DNA of 64,000 bases from Octopus bimaculoides. Taxonomy: Eukaryota. The notes beneath the pieces are model-generated. The model did no database searches and was not told the DNA's origin. It saw only the letters and a list, made by a program, of their open reading frames with translations. Shown in pieces: positions 63,968-64,000 of the stretch (the first letter of the stretch is position 1; each line of letters begins with the position of its first letter). The DNA lies in contig NC_068998.1 in NCBI RefSeq assembly GCF_001194135.2, positions 53,838,713 to 53,902,712 on the forward strand. The letters are read 5' to 3'. The position numbers and the translations under genes are program-made.

Positions 63968-64000
<33 letters not shown>

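Overview
This 64-kb window is strongly AT-rich, microsatellite-dense animal DNA from a draft assembly with 16 N-gaps, most sitting inside (AT)n or (GT)n tracts. The repeat families point to an octopod cephalopod, probably Octopus (inference from recognised SINE consensus motifs). I find no supportable host protein-coding exon, rRNA, tRNA gene or CRISPR array, so the window reads as intergenic or deep intronic. Nearly all ORFs in the track are microsatellite or N-gap artefacts. The content is a layered transposon record. There are about 35 copies or fragments of four SINE families, labelled A-D here. There are also relics of CR1/L2-group, RTE, R4/Dong-type and Penelope-like retroelements, several mariner/Tc1 transposase relics, a foldback MITE and a possible Helitron end. 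The most interesting observations are five. (1) An R4/Dong-type endonuclease relic and an unclassified 540-bp element share one (TAA)n array, suggesting microsatellite targeting. (2) SINE heads and tails are modular, built around a conserved double-hairpin module. (3) A mariner relic has an internally inverted segment. (4) Two SINEs are nested in older retroelements with 11- and 17-bp target-site duplications (TSDs). (5) A close inverted SINE pair could form dsRNA. None is a demonstrated new system. All family assignments come from manual motif recognition, not database searches.
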